Source of the DNA: Octopus vulgaris
Lineage: Eukaryota
Assembly (NCBI GenBank): GCA_951406725.2
Contig: OX597824.1
Coordinates: 45,942,001-46,006,000 of the forward strand
Direction of reading: 5' to 3'
Length of the DNA stretch: 64,000 bases
In this document: positions 12,621 to 25,300 of the stretch, piece after piece
Numbering within the stretch: position 1 is the stretch's first letter
Layout: every line of letters begins with the position of its first letter
Program-made: the position numbers and the translations under genes
Notes under the pieces: model-generated
The model's input: only the letters and a program-made list of their open reading frames with translations
The model's database searches: none
What the model was told of the DNA's origin: nothing

Positions 12621-13256
12621 CATGGTCTGATCAATAAGTATTTCAACTATTGCCATAGTAATGAAGCTAAAGCACACAGTGTGAAGCTGCTTCACACAGA
12701 TTGACCTTTGCTGTGCATGCACACTCAGTTTTAACATTGTAGCTCACTTCAGCTGTTTACAGCAGTGCTTGGAAGGAAGGTGTGTAGCGTGTGATCATTA
12801 CATTGACTATGATAGAGGAAGCTGAGCAGAGAATCTACATCAAATTTTGCCAAAAGCTTGCAATAGCTGCTCAGAGGTCTATGTAAAGTTTTCAAAAAGT
12901 TTTCATTGTCCTCGATACAATCAAGATCTTGTGCAACTGAAACCTGTCTTTTTGGTCAGTTGAAAGCAGTTTTGGCACAAAATTTGCTGACATGCATCTC
13001 ATACCCAAATCTTCAGTGATAATGGACTGAACTGAACTGTAACTAATCTGCACAGCCTTTGATAACTCACGGATGGTGATTTGACAATTTCCCCGCACAG
13101 CTGCATGCACATCTGTGATGTTTTTCTCAGTTCTGCTGATTGTGGGGCTCCCAGAATGTTTGTCAATATCGACAATTTTTGGCCATCCTGGAAATGTCTG
13201 AATCACTCGTACACTTGTGTGCAGGTCATACACTCCTCTCCATACACTTTCTGTAT
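12621..13256. mobile_element. mariner 5' fragment with internal inversion
   Basis: The plus strand has a TIR-like ggtctgatcaataag and EQRIYIKFCQKL. The continuation QKVYGEECMTCTQVYE...ITIRELS...FVPKLL is on the minus strand at ~12893-13256. Confidence 0.75.
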
Positions 13257-13346
13257 GTGAGTATATAATGGAGTTAGAGAGTGAAAGAAAGCAAAGTATA
13301 TGAATATATAATATCTGTAGAAAGGTTGTTGTTGTGTGTGTGGGTG

Positions 13347-13437
<91 letters not shown>

Positions 13438-13541
13438 GTATGTATGTGTTTGTGTGTGTATGTATATATATATATATATACATATGCAAGGACATACAGA
13501 TAAATAGATATAGATACACATATATACAATACATACATACA

Positions 13542-13577
<36 letters not shown>

Positions 13578-13622
13578 TGTATGTATGTATGTATGTATGT
13601 ATGTATGTATGCATACACACTC

Positions 13623-13660
<38 letters not shown>

Positions 13661-14126
13661 AGAGAGAGAGAGAAGGTGGATACAGTGGGAGTAGAGGGAA
13701 TGAAAAAGACTATAAGCTAAAAATGGAGAGAAATTGGAAATAAAAAGATAGAAAGAAAAAATCAAGATTGGGAAAGAGAGGAAAGAGGGGAAAGTTTGTA
13801 ACAAATATATTTAATGAAAAAGTTAAATGAAGAGAGTGTGTGTATGTGTGTGTATGCATGTTTGTGTGAGGAGAGAGAGGGTGAACAGAGAAAGACAGTA
13901 TATAATGGAATTATAAAAAAAAACTTTTCTAATATGAGTGATAGATACATGTTCAGATGGATAGATAACTTGTTGAATAGATTGAGTAGATAAGTAGACA
14001 GACAGACAGACAAACAGATAGACAACTCGATTGATAGACAGATATATAGAGTTAGGTAGTTATTTTGATAGACAGATAGAGCCAAATAGATAAAGAGACA
14101 TAAATAAATAGATAGAGACAGATAAG

Positions 14127-14192
<66 letters not shown>

Positions 14193-14719
14193 GATAGATA
14201 GATAGATATGAAGGAAAATAAATTTTATAAAGAATAAAACTGAGGTTGATAGTTAATATATTTATTTATTCATTTATTTATATATTTATATACTACAACA
14301 TAAAAAAACCCTAAAAAATACAAAAATAAATTTTAAAATGCAATAAAGAAAAACAGAATAAAAGGTAACAGTGATGGAATTGGAAATTGAAAATATATGA
14401 AAAAAAAAAAAAGAACGAATGGAAAAAAAACTTAACCAACTGATTATTTAGAGACTGTGGTAGACTAGAGCAAAAGATAGCTTTTCCACAGAAATGTCTT
14501 GAGAAGTATGAATGTTGCATGCCACCTTATTTCCTCACCATTAACAAAATTGAAGCCTAAGAAATAGTAGAACTCTGATACCAATGCCAAATACATTGTA
14601 ATTTCTGTTTATTTAAGCAAACACATTCAACACGTTCAACTGTATATAATTACATCTTAATTATATACAGGCCAGCTATGAGTAGTAAGCTACGGAATTC
14701 TTATATTCTCTTGATTTCC

Positions 14720-14990
14720 TGTAATTCAGACCACCTGATGATTCCAGCAGACAAAATGGAAAAGGTGTTGCCCCGGAAGATGTCAAGGGCAATGCACTGA
14801 AACAGTCCCTCTGTCTCATGGGCCTCACACTTGCAGATAGCCATCTCCATCCTGATAGTGGCATGCAAGGATATGGTCCAGGGGCTGAGAATGCTGAAGG
14901 CCTCCACTGCCATGTTGTTTGGCTCAGGTCAGTCCTGATTGAGCAGAGGTATTCCAGCAGTGATAATCCAGTCTTTTTTGAAGGTGTCAT
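14720..14990 (-). pseudogene. RLE-type (CRE-like) non-LTR retrotransposon C-terminal fragment
   Basis: MAVEAFSILSP...ETEGLFQCIALDIFRGNTFSIL resembles the PxAVET.G.WG...FLFQRISIAIQRGNA C-terminus. Confidence 0.45.
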
Positions 14991-15314
14991 TAAAATCCAT
15001 AATCTAAGGTATTCTTTCTTTACTGTTACTTCTAGCAGATTGAATGACCATACAGATGCTATCTCTAAAAAAATGTTGGCATGTATTGCAAGGCTGTGTG
15101 GTTAAGAAGTTTGCTTGAAAACTATGTGGTTTTGGTTTATGTCTTGGAGGTATCTTGGATCAATGTCTTTGACTATAGTCCTGACCCTAACAATGTTTTG
15201 TGTGTGAATTTGGTATATGGAAACTGTATATCATGTATACACGCACACACAGACACACACACACGCGCATGCATGTACGCGCGTGCACGCACACACACAC
15301 ACACACACATACTC

Positions 15315-15667
15315 TAGTCCCATCACCCTCTCTATATACCCAGGTTTTCACCACTCACTGCATTCTCCACTACTCTACTCACATTTCTTTGGCAATGCCC
15401 TGCCATTTATATTATGACCTCCATACCACAAGGCACTTGTCACCATCTATATCTCTCTCTTCTGTTACTCAACCATCCCATTTATATTCTGATCCCAACC
15501 TCTTGTGAGTATGCCTGGCACTCTGCCACTATAAAAACCCTACCAGCTATAAAAACCGTACCAAAACAGACACAGAAGTCTGGTGTAGGCTTCTGCTTGG
15601 CTGGCTCTGTCTGGACGGCTCCTGTCAAATCATCCAACCCATGCTGTGTGAAAAAGATGAGTTAGAT
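15315..15667 (+). mobile_element. Old non-autonomous retroposon: pyrimidine-rich body plus RTE-X-like tail
   Basis: Body motif ccatcccatttatattctgatccc is shared with the reverse complement of 55034-55057; tail tcaaatcatccaacccatgc. Confidence 0.55.
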
Positions 15668-15977
15668 CAGGAGTTCTCAACCATTTCTTACCTGTGGACC
15701 CCTTTCATTGCTATTTTATTCTGGTGGACCCCCATAGTCAGTTGATGTTTAAAAACTAGTTTTATAAGATTCCTATTTTGTTTTTCACACATTAACTTGT
15801 ATAGGGTGAACTAATTTAAAATCTCAGAGAAAGAAATTTAGCCATTACTTGCAATAAAAACATTTAAAGCAAAATTCTTATATGGACCTTTAAAATGCTA
15901 CTGTAGATTCTTGATTTACGATTTTGCTTGCGTGGACCTCACCAAAATCTTATAAGGACCCCGGTTAAGAAACACTG
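15668..15977. mobile_element. hAT-type MITE
   Basis: Imperfect TIRs caggagttctcaacc / ggttaagaaacactg; 8-bp TSD agttagat / tgttagat with one mismatch. Confidence 0.75.
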
Positions 15978-16374
15978 TGTTAGATGATGTTGTAGTCTTG
16001 GGTTCCCAGCATTCAGGAAAAAAAAAACCCTACTGAATGGCCACAGTTGGATTATCTTTGATTATAGCTCTGCTTAGTCAGGGCCAGCCTGGGACCAAAC
16101 CCCAGCACCACCATCACCACCACCACCTACAACAACAACATCAACCATAATAACTCACCATCTCTTCATATAAGAAATCAATAGTTTAGAAAGTGTAATT
16201 GTTTTTATTGTTTTTGTGGTTACTAATTAGTTTTTGTATATATTTTATTAAATTGTTGCAATCAATAAATTTGTGTGTTTAACTCAGTAAAGAAGGGAGA
16301 GAAGAAATAGGTCAGATTGAGAAGTTAACAATGGCGGTATATGTTAGAGGGAAGGAACTGTTCTTGATGTTAAT

Positions 16375-16992
16375 ACTGGTGGTGTTAGTGGTGGTGGTGG
16401 TGGTGGTGGTGGTGGTAGCGTTAATGGTGGTGGTGTTAGTGATGGTAGTATTAGTGGCAATGGTGGTGTTAGCGGAGGTGGTGTTAGTGTTAGTGATGAT
16501 GGTGGTGATGATGGTGATGGTGGTGGTGATGGTGGTGGTGATGGTGGTGTTAAAGCTGGAATTGATTGTGGTTGAGGTGGTGATGGTTATGATCATGGTC
16601 GAGCTGATGGTAATGGTGGTAGTGATGGTGGCACTGGTTGTGATTGAAGTTGCGGTGATAGTGGTTGTGGCAATGCTAGTTGTTGAGGATGTATTTGTGG
16701 TGGTGGTGGTGGTAGTAGCAATAAGGGTTGTGGCTGTGGTTGTTGTTTGCCATGTTTGTGATGGTTGTTGTATTTGTGGCAGTGCTGGTAGTTGTGGGTT
16801 GTGGTTGAGGTGGTGGTAGCGATGGTGTTAATAGAAGAAGAAGAAGAAGAAGGGGAGGATGAAGAGGAGGAGGAGGAGAAGAAGAAGAAGGGGAGGAGGA
16901 AGAGGAGGAGAAGAAGAAGAAGAAGAAGAAGAAGAAGAAGGGAAGGATGAAGAGGAGGAGGAGGAGGAGGAGAAGAAGAAGAAGAAAAAGAA

Positions 16993-17024
<32 letters not shown>

Positions 17025-17046
17025 AGAAGAGGAAGAAGATGAAGAA

Positions 17047-17078
<32 letters not shown>

Positions 17079-17170
17079 AGAAGAGGAAGAAGATGAAGAA
17101 GAAGAAGGGGAAGAAGAAGAAGAAATAACGAGAGAGTAAGAAAGAAAGAAAGAAAGAAAGAAAGAAAAAG
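16375..17170. repeat. Compound degenerate (GGT/GAT)n followed by (GAA/GAG)n and (GAAA)n
   Basis: Read directly; accounts for the poly-V, poly-K and poly-S ORFs in the track. Confidence 0.9.
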
Positions 17171-18004
17171 AGCAGTAGAAAGAAGAGGAGGACAATGACG
17201 AAAAGGTGGATGAGAAGGAAGGAAGAGAGGGATAAATGTAAAATTACCAGAGAAAGAAAACAACTGTAAAAATTGAATAGATTAAAAGTAGAAGAGGAAG
17301 AAGTGAAGAAGAAGGGGAAAAGGGAAGAGGGAGCGGTGGAGAAGGTTGGAAATGGAGAAGTAGAATAGAAATAGAAATAAAGAGGAACTAGAAAAGGAAG
17401 TGAAGAAGAAATGTATCGTTAAATATTCTGATTTACTTAATTATATATTTGTATTAATTATGTGAAAGCCACAACTAGTGGTTGGGTCAATGAGTATTGA
17501 ACTGTGTGGTAAAGGGTCAATGGTGCATAACCTGTGCTTTTCATTGATGTCTAATGTTCATAGATTATATCATTTCTGTGGTCGGTTGACCTGCAAGAAA
17601 AGAACAAGCAAACATCCCTCAAATCTCTCAAATATCCCTACTGTCTTGAATATAGAATGGACACACTAGAAGAAGGCAGTCTTACGGATCTTTTAATAAA
17701 GGCTGGATGCTCATGGCTGGAACCTCTTTGATCTTAGACTTGTCAAGTCAGGATTGACTTGAAGGCTAAACAACAACAATGACAAAATCAACAATAACAA
17801 CAGCAGCAGTATTAAGAACAAGAACATCATCATCATCATCATCATCATCATTAATATTATCATGAACAACAACAATGATATAGCTTGTTTTTATTTTATT
17901 TACATGCTAGTACAAGCTGCAAAAGCACTTTCAAATCACACCTGACTATTAAAAGGAGAGCTTATATCAGTTTAATAGATATTTTTTACCAATTTCTATT
18001 TATT

Positions 18005-18163
18005 AGGAACAGTTATAGCTGTGTGGTTAAGCAGTGTGGTTCTCCACTACATGGTTTCAGGTTCAGTACCACTGTGTGGTACCTTAGCCAAGCATCTTCT
18101 GCTATAGACCTGGGATGAACAAAACCTTGTGAATGGATTTGATACATGGAAACTGAAAGATCC

Positions 18164-18168
<5 letters not shown>
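18005..18168 (+). mobile_element. SINE family A 5' half, host of the large insertion
   Basis: agctgtgtggttaag head, B-box ggttcagtacc and ggaaactgaaaga, followed by (TA)n. Confidence 0.7.
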
Positions 18169-18211
<43 letters not shown>

Positions 18212-18480
18212 TCATCATCATCATCATCATCGTCGTTAACGTCCGCTTTCCGCGCTAGCACGGGTTGGACGGTTTGACCGGGTCTGGGAAGCCAGGGGCC
18301 GCACCAGGCTCCAGTCTGAATCTGGCAGAGTTTCTACGGCTGGATGCCCTTCCTAACGCCAACCACTCCGTGAGTGGATTGGGTGCTTTTTACGTGCCAC
18401 CTGCACAGGGGCCGGAGGGTCCGGCATCGTCACGATCGGTTCGAGCATTTTAACGTGTCAGCGGTACGGGGGCAACGAAG

Positions 18481-18528
18481 TCCGGGGTACTTTGGGGATC
18501 CAGGGTACTTTGGGGATCCGGGGTACTT
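18481..18528. repeat. 18-bp tandem repeat, ~2.7 copies
   Basis: tccggggtactttgggga / tccagggtactttgggga / tccggggtactt. Confidence 0.9.
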
Positions 18529-18592
18529 AGAATGAGTAGGGGGTATGTGGAATTGCTGCAGAAAGCAGCCCGGGTCTTTGTAGTTACAGCAT

Positions 18593-18948
18593 TTATCGTC
18601 ACTGAGTAACGTAATTAGGTAGAGGAAAGAAATACAGATATTCTAGAGTTGAGTTGGGGAGGGGAGGTCCAGTTGAGGCGGGTAATATAGGAGAGCAACC
18701 AGTGGGGAAGGTTGGGGTAAGGAGGAACGATGGCAGGAAGGGTTGGTGTAGGTTCCTAAGAAATAAAGACATTCGTTATCGTCACTGAGTAACGTTATTA
18801 GGTAGAGGAAAGAATACAGATATTCTAGAGTTGAGTTGGGGAGGGGGGTCCAGTTGAGGTGGGTAATATAGGGGAGCAACCAGTGGGGAAGGTTGGGGTA
18901 AGGAGGAACGATGGCAGGAAGGGTTGGTGTAGGTTCCTAAGAAATAAA
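18593..18948. repeat. ~183-bp tandem duplication, 2 copies
   Basis: ttatcgtcactgagtaacg starts at 18593 and 18776; both copies end ggttcctaagaaataaa. Confidence 0.9.
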
Positions 18949-19182
18949 AACGTAGGATATTACGAGGCGGGAGGGTGCTAAAGGGGATAGTCGGAATGAG
19001 GCAGTGTCAGGAGGAAGCGTAAGATCGGTGGGCAGTTGATGAGCTATGGCGCTAGCAGCTTGTCTTTTCACAGTGAAAGCATATGAGGAGAAGGGGTAGT
19101 GAGGGGAGGAGGAGGGAGTAGGGCGTACCCGGTGTAGATGAGTAAGGCGTATCCGGTGTAGATGGTGAGGACAGGGTATACT

Positions 19183-19306
19183 GGTATTGGTGGTGGGGGG
19201 TGAGGAACAGTGTTCACCGGTATTGGTGGTGTTGGCGGTGAGAACAGTGTTCACCGGTATTGGTGGTGGGGGTGAGAACAGTGTTCATCGGTATTGGTGG
19301 TGGGGG
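19183..19306. repeat. ~35-bp minisatellite, ~3.5 copies
   Basis: Unit ggtattggtggtgggggtgagaacagtgttcacc with length variation. Confidence 0.85.
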
Positions 19307-19321
19307 TGGGGGGGCGGGCGC

Positions 19322-22300
19322 ACCGCCAATGGCTGAAAGATGGGAAGAGATGGGATTACGGCTTGAGGTAGCCTAGCCTAAGGTTAAATTTTGTAGAGAG
19401 AGAGATAGAAAGATAAATCAAGTTATGGCGAAGGCTTGAAAGTAGCCTAAAAAGGTTAAATTTTCGTAACAATGTATGAATAAACGTAGTAACAACGAAT
19501 AAAATAGTAAGATAAATTTTTAAGAACTTGCTGCGGACATCGATCGGGAGTTGAAATTGAAGAAGAAAGTAAGTTGAATTGGGAATTTAAATTGTAGAAT
19601 CGTAATGGTAAGAGGAGGAAAAAGACCGCCAATGGCTGAAAGATGGGAAGAGATGGGATTACGGCTTGAGGTAGCCTAGCCTAAGGTTAAATTTTGTAGA
19701 GAGAGAGATAGAAAGATAAATCAAGTTATGGCGAAGGCTTGAAAGTAGCCTAAAAAGGTTAAATTTTCGTAACAATGTATGAATAAACGTAGTAACAACG
19801 AATAAAATAGTAAGATAAATTTTTAAGAACTTGCTGCGGACATCGATCGGGAGTTGAAATTGAAGAAGAAAGTAAGTTGAATTGGGAATTTAAATTGTAG
19901 AATCGTAATGGTAAGAGGAGGAAAAAGACCGCCAATGGCTGAAAGATGGGAAGAGATGGGATTACGGCTTGAGGTAGCCTAGCCTAAGGTTAAATTTTGT
20001 AGAGAGAGAGATAGAAAGATAAATCAAGTTATGGCGAAGGCTTGAAAGTAGCCTAAAAAGGTTAAATTTTCGTAACAATGTATGAATAAACGTAGTAACA
20101 ACGAATAAAATAGTAAGATAAATTTTTAAGAACTTGCTGCGGACATCGATCGGGAGTTGAAATTGAAGAAGAAAGTAAGTTGAATTGGGAATTTAAATTG
20201 TAGAATCGTAATGGTAAGAGGAGGAAAAAGACCGCCAATGGCTGAAAGATGGGAAGAGATGGGATTACGGCTTGAGGTAGCCTAGCCTAAGGTTAAATTT
20301 TGTAGAGAGAGAGATAGAAAGATAAATCAAGTTATGGCGAAGGCTTGAAAGTAGCCTAAAAAGGTTAAATTTTCGTAACAATGTATGAATAAACGTAGTA
20401 ACAACGAATAAAATAGTAAGATAAATTTTTAAGAACTTGCTGCGGACATCGATCGGGAGTTGAAATTGAAGAAGAAAGTAAGTTGAATTGGGAATTTAAA
20501 TTGTAGAATCGTAATGGTAAGAGGAGGAAAAAGACCGCCAATGGCTGAAAGATGGGAAGAGATGGGATTACGGCTTGAGGTAGCCTAGCCTAAGGTTAAA
20601 TTTTGTAGAGAGAGAGATAGAAAGATAAATCAAGTTATGGCGAAGGCTTGAAAGTAGCCTAAAAAGGTTAAATTTTCGTAACAATGTATGAATAAACGTA
20701 GTAACAACGAATAAAATAGTAAGATAAATTTTTAAGAACTTGCTGCGGACATCGATCGGGAGTTGAAATTGAAGAAGAAAGTAAGTTGAATTGGGAATTT
20801 AAATTGTAGAATCGTAATGGTAAGAGGAGGAAAAAGACCGCCAATGGCTGAAAGATGGGAAGAGATGGGATTACGGCTTGAGGTAGCCTAGCCTAAGGTT
20901 AAATTTTGTAGAGAGAGAGATAGAAAGATAAATCAAGTTATGGCGAAGGCTTGAAAGTAGCCTAAAAAGGTTAAATTTTCGTAACAATGTATGAATAAAC
21001 GTAGTAACAACGAATAAAATAGTAAGATAAATTTTTAAGAACTTGCTGCGGACATCGATCGGGAGTTGAAATTGAAGAAGAAAGTAAGTTGAATTGGGAA
21101 TTTAAATTGTAGAATCGTAATGGTAAGAGGAGGAAAAAGACCGCCAATGGCTGAAAGATGGGAAGAGATGGGATTACGGCTTGAGGTAGCCTAGCCTAAG
21201 GTTAAATTTTGTAGAGAGAGAGATAGAAAGATAAATCAAGTTATGGCGAAGGCTTGAAAGTAGCCTAAAAAGGTTAAATTTTCGTAACAATGTATGAATA
21301 AACGTAGTAACAACGAATAAAATAGTAAGATAAATTTTTAAGAACTTGCTGCGGACATCGATCGGGAGTTGAAATTGAAGAAGAAAGTAAGTTGAATTGG
21401 GAATTTAAATTGTAGAATCGTAATGGTAAGAGGAGGAAAAAGACCGCCAATGGCTGAAAGATGGGAAGAGATGGGATTACGGCTTGAGGTAGCCTAGCCT
21501 AAGGTTAAATTTTGTAGAGAGAGAGATAGAAAGATAAATCAAGTTATGGCGAAGGCTTGAAAGTAGCCTAAAAAGGTTAAATTTTCGTAACAATGTATGA
21601 ATAAACGTAGTAACAACGAATAAAATAGTAAGATAAATTTTTAAGAACTTGCTGCGGACATCGATCGGGAGTTGAAATTGAAGAAGAAAGTAAGTTGAAT
21701 TGGGAATTTAAATTGTAGAATCGTAATGGTAAGAGGAGGAAAAAGACCGCCAATGGCTGAAAGATGGGAAGAGATGGGATTACGGCTTGAGGTAGCCTAG
21801 CCTAAGGTTAAATTTTGTAGAGAGAGAGATAGAAAGATAAATCAAGTTATGGCGAAGGCTTGAAAGTAGCCTAAAAAGGTTAAATTTTCGTAACAATGTA
21901 TGAATAAACGTAGTAACAACGAATAAAATAGTAAGATAAATTTTTAAGAACTTGCTGCGGACATCGATCGGGAGTTGAAATTGAAGAAGAAAGTAAGTTG
22001 AATTGGGAATTTAAATTGTAGAATCGTAATGGTAAGAGGAGGAAAAAGACCGCCAATGGCTGAAAGATGGGAAGAGATGGGATTACGGCTTGAGGTAGCC
22101 TAGCCTAAGGTTAAATTTTGTAGAGAGAGAGATAGAAAGATAAATCAAGTTATGGCGAAGGCTTGAAAGTAGCCTAAAAGGTTAAATTTTCGTAACAATG
22201 TATGAATAAACGTAGTAACAACGAATAAAATAGTAAGATAAATTTTTAAGAACTTGCTGCGGACATCGATCGGGAGTTGAAATTGAAGAAGAAAGTAAGT

Positions 22301-25300
22301 TGAATTGGGAATTTAAATTGTAGAATCGTAATGGTAAGAGGAGGAAAAAGACCGCCAATGGCTGAAAGATGGGAAGAGATGGGATTACGGCTTGAGGTAG
22401 CCTAGCCTAAGGTTAAATTTTGTAGAGAGAGAGATAGAAAGATAAATCAAGTTATGGCGAAGGCTTGAAAGTAGCCTAAAAAGGTTAAATTTTCGTAACA
22501 ATGTATGAATAAACGTAGTAACAACGAATAAAATAGTAAGATAAATTTTTAAGAACTTGCTGCGGACATCGATCGGGAGTTGAAATTGAAGAAGAAAGTA
22601 AGTTGAATTGGGAATTTAAATTGTAGAATCGTAATGGTAAGAGGAGGAAAAAGACCGCCAATGGCTGAAAGATGGGAAGAGATGGGATTACGGCTTGAGG
22701 TAGCCTAGCCTAAGGTTAAATTTTGTAGAGAGAGAGATAGAAAGATAAATCAAGTTATGGCGAAGGCTTGAAAGTAGCCTAAAAAGGTTAAATTTTCGTA
22801 ACAATGTATGAATAAACGTAGTAACAACGAATAAAATAGTAAGATAAATTTTTAAGAACTTGCTGCGGACATCGATCGGGAGTTGAAATTGAAGAAGAAA
22901 GTAAGTTGAATTGGGAATTTAAATTGTAGAATCGTAATGGTAAGAGGAGGAAAAAGACCGCCAATGGCTGAAAGATGGGAAGAGATGGGATTACGGCTTG
23001 AGGTAGCCTAGCCTAAGGTTAAATTTTGTAGAGAGAGAGATAGAAAGATAAATCAAGTTATGGCGAAGGCTTGAAAGTAGCCTAAAAAGGTTAAATTTTC
23101 GTAACAATGTATGAATAAACGTAGTAACAACGAATAAAATAGTAAGATAAATTTTTAAGAACTTGCTGCGGACATCGATCGGGAGTTGAAATTGAAGAAG
23201 AAAGTAAGTTGAATTGGGAATTTAAATTGTAGAATCGTAATGGTAAGAGGAGGAAAAAGACCGCCAATGGCTGAAAGATGGGAAGAGATGGGATTACGGC
23301 TTGAGGTAGCCTAGCCTAAGGTTAAATTTTGTAGAGAGAGAGATAGAAAGATAAATCAAGTTATGGCGAAGGCTTGAAAGTAGCCTAAAAAGGTTAAATT
23401 TTCGTAACAATGTATGAATAAACGTAGTAACAACGAATAAAATAGTAAGATAAATTTTTAAGAACTTGCTGCGGACATCGATCGGGAGTTGAAATTGAAG
23501 AAGAAAGTAAGTTGAATTGGGAATTTAAATTGTAGAATCGTAATGGTAAGAGGAGGAAAAAGACCGCCAATGGCTGAAAGATGGGAAGAGATGGGATTAC
23601 GGCTTGAGGTAGCCTAGCCTAAGGTTAAATTTTGTAGAGAGAGAGATAGAAAGATAAATCAAGTTATGGCGAAGGCTTGAAAGTAGCCTAAAAAGGTTAA
23701 ATTTTCGTAACAATGTATGAATAAACGTAGTAACAACGAATAAAATAGTAAGATAAATTTTTAAGAACTTGCTGCGGACATCGATCGGGAGTTGAAATTG
23801 AAGAAGAAAGTAAGTTGAATTGGGAATTTAAATTGTAGAATCGTAATGGTAAGAGGAGGAAAAAGACCGCCAATGGCTGAAAGATGGGAAGAGATGGGAT
23901 TACGGCTTGAGGTAGCCTAGCCTAAGGTTAAATTTTGTAGAGAGAGAGATAGAAAGATAAATCAAGTTATGGCGAAGGCTTGAAAGTAGCCTAAAAAGGT
24001 TAAATTTTCGTAACAATGTATGAATAAACGTAGTAACAACGAATAAAATAGTAAGATAAATTTTTAAGAACTTGCTGCGGACATCGATCGGGAGTTGAAA
24101 TTGAAGAAGAAAGTAAGTTGAATTGGGAATTTAAATTGTAGAATCGTAATGGTAAGAGGAGGAAAAAGACCGCCAATGGCTGAAAGATGGGAAGAGATGG
24201 GATTACGGCTTGAGGTAGCCTAGCCTAAGGTTAAATTTTGTAGAGAGAGAGATAGAAAGATAAATCAAGTTATGGCGAAGGCTTGAAAGTAGCCTAAAAA
24301 GGTTAAATTTTCGTAACAATGTATGAATAAACGTAGTAACAACGAATAAAATAGTAAGATAAATTTTTAAGAACTTGCTGCGGACATCGATCGGGAGTTG
24401 AAATTGAAGAAGAAAGTAAGTTGAATTGGGAATTTAAATTGTAGAATCGTAATGGTAAGAGGAGGAAAAAGACCGCCAATGGCTGAAAGATGGGAAGAGA
24501 TGGGATTACGGCTTGAGGTAGCCTAGCCTAAGGTTAAATTTTGTAGAGAGAGAGATAGAAAGATAAATCAAGTTATGGCGAAGGCTTGAAAGTAGCCTAA
24601 AAAGGTTAAATTTTCGTAACAATGTATGAATAAACGTAGTAACAACGAATAAAATAGTAAGATAAATTTTTAAGAACTTGCTGCGGACATCGATCGGGAG
24701 TTGAAATTGAAGAAGAAAGTAAGTTGAATTGGGAATTTAAATTGTAGAATCGTAATGGTAAGAGGAGGAAAAAGACCGCCAATGGCTGAAAGATGGGAAG
24801 AGATGGGATTACGGCTTGAGGTAGCCTAGCCTAAGGTTAAATTTTGTAGAGAGAGAGATAGAAAGATAAATCAAGTTATGGCGAAGGCTTGAAAGTAGCC
24901 TAAAAAGGTTAAATTTTCGTAACAATGTATGAATAAACGTAGTAACAACGAATAAAATAGTAAGATAAATTTTTAAGAACTTGCTGCGGACATCGATCGG
25001 GAGTTGAAATTGAAGAAGAAAGTAAGTTGAATTGGGAATTTAAATTGTAGAATCGTAATGGTAAGAGGAGGAAAAAGACCGCCAATGGCTGAAAGATGGG
25101 AAGAGATGGGATTACGGCTTGAGGTAGCCTAGCCTAAGGTTAAATTTTGTAGAGAGAGAGATAGAAAGATAAATCAAGTTATGGCGAAGGCTTGAAAGTA
25201 GCCTAAAAAGGTTAAATTTTCGTAACAATGTATGAATAAACGTAGTAACAACGAATAAAATAGTAAGATAAATTTTTAAGAACTTGCTGCGGACATCGAT

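Noticed and set aside
16312-17263. ORFs of 89-200 aa rich in V, T, S, K or L
   Set aside because: They are translations of triplet microsatellites open in several frames.
18937-19254. 105-aa minus ORF as the element's protein
   Set aside because: Low-complexity translation of the minisatellites with no domain motif.
19322-19624. Retrozyme (hammerhead-bearing ~300-nt tandem unit)
   Set aside because: The size fits, but no CUGANGA plus GAAA core pair was found on either strand (closest is ctgaaaga), and no HDV-like fold was evident by eye. An Infernal search would be needed to exclude other ribozymes.
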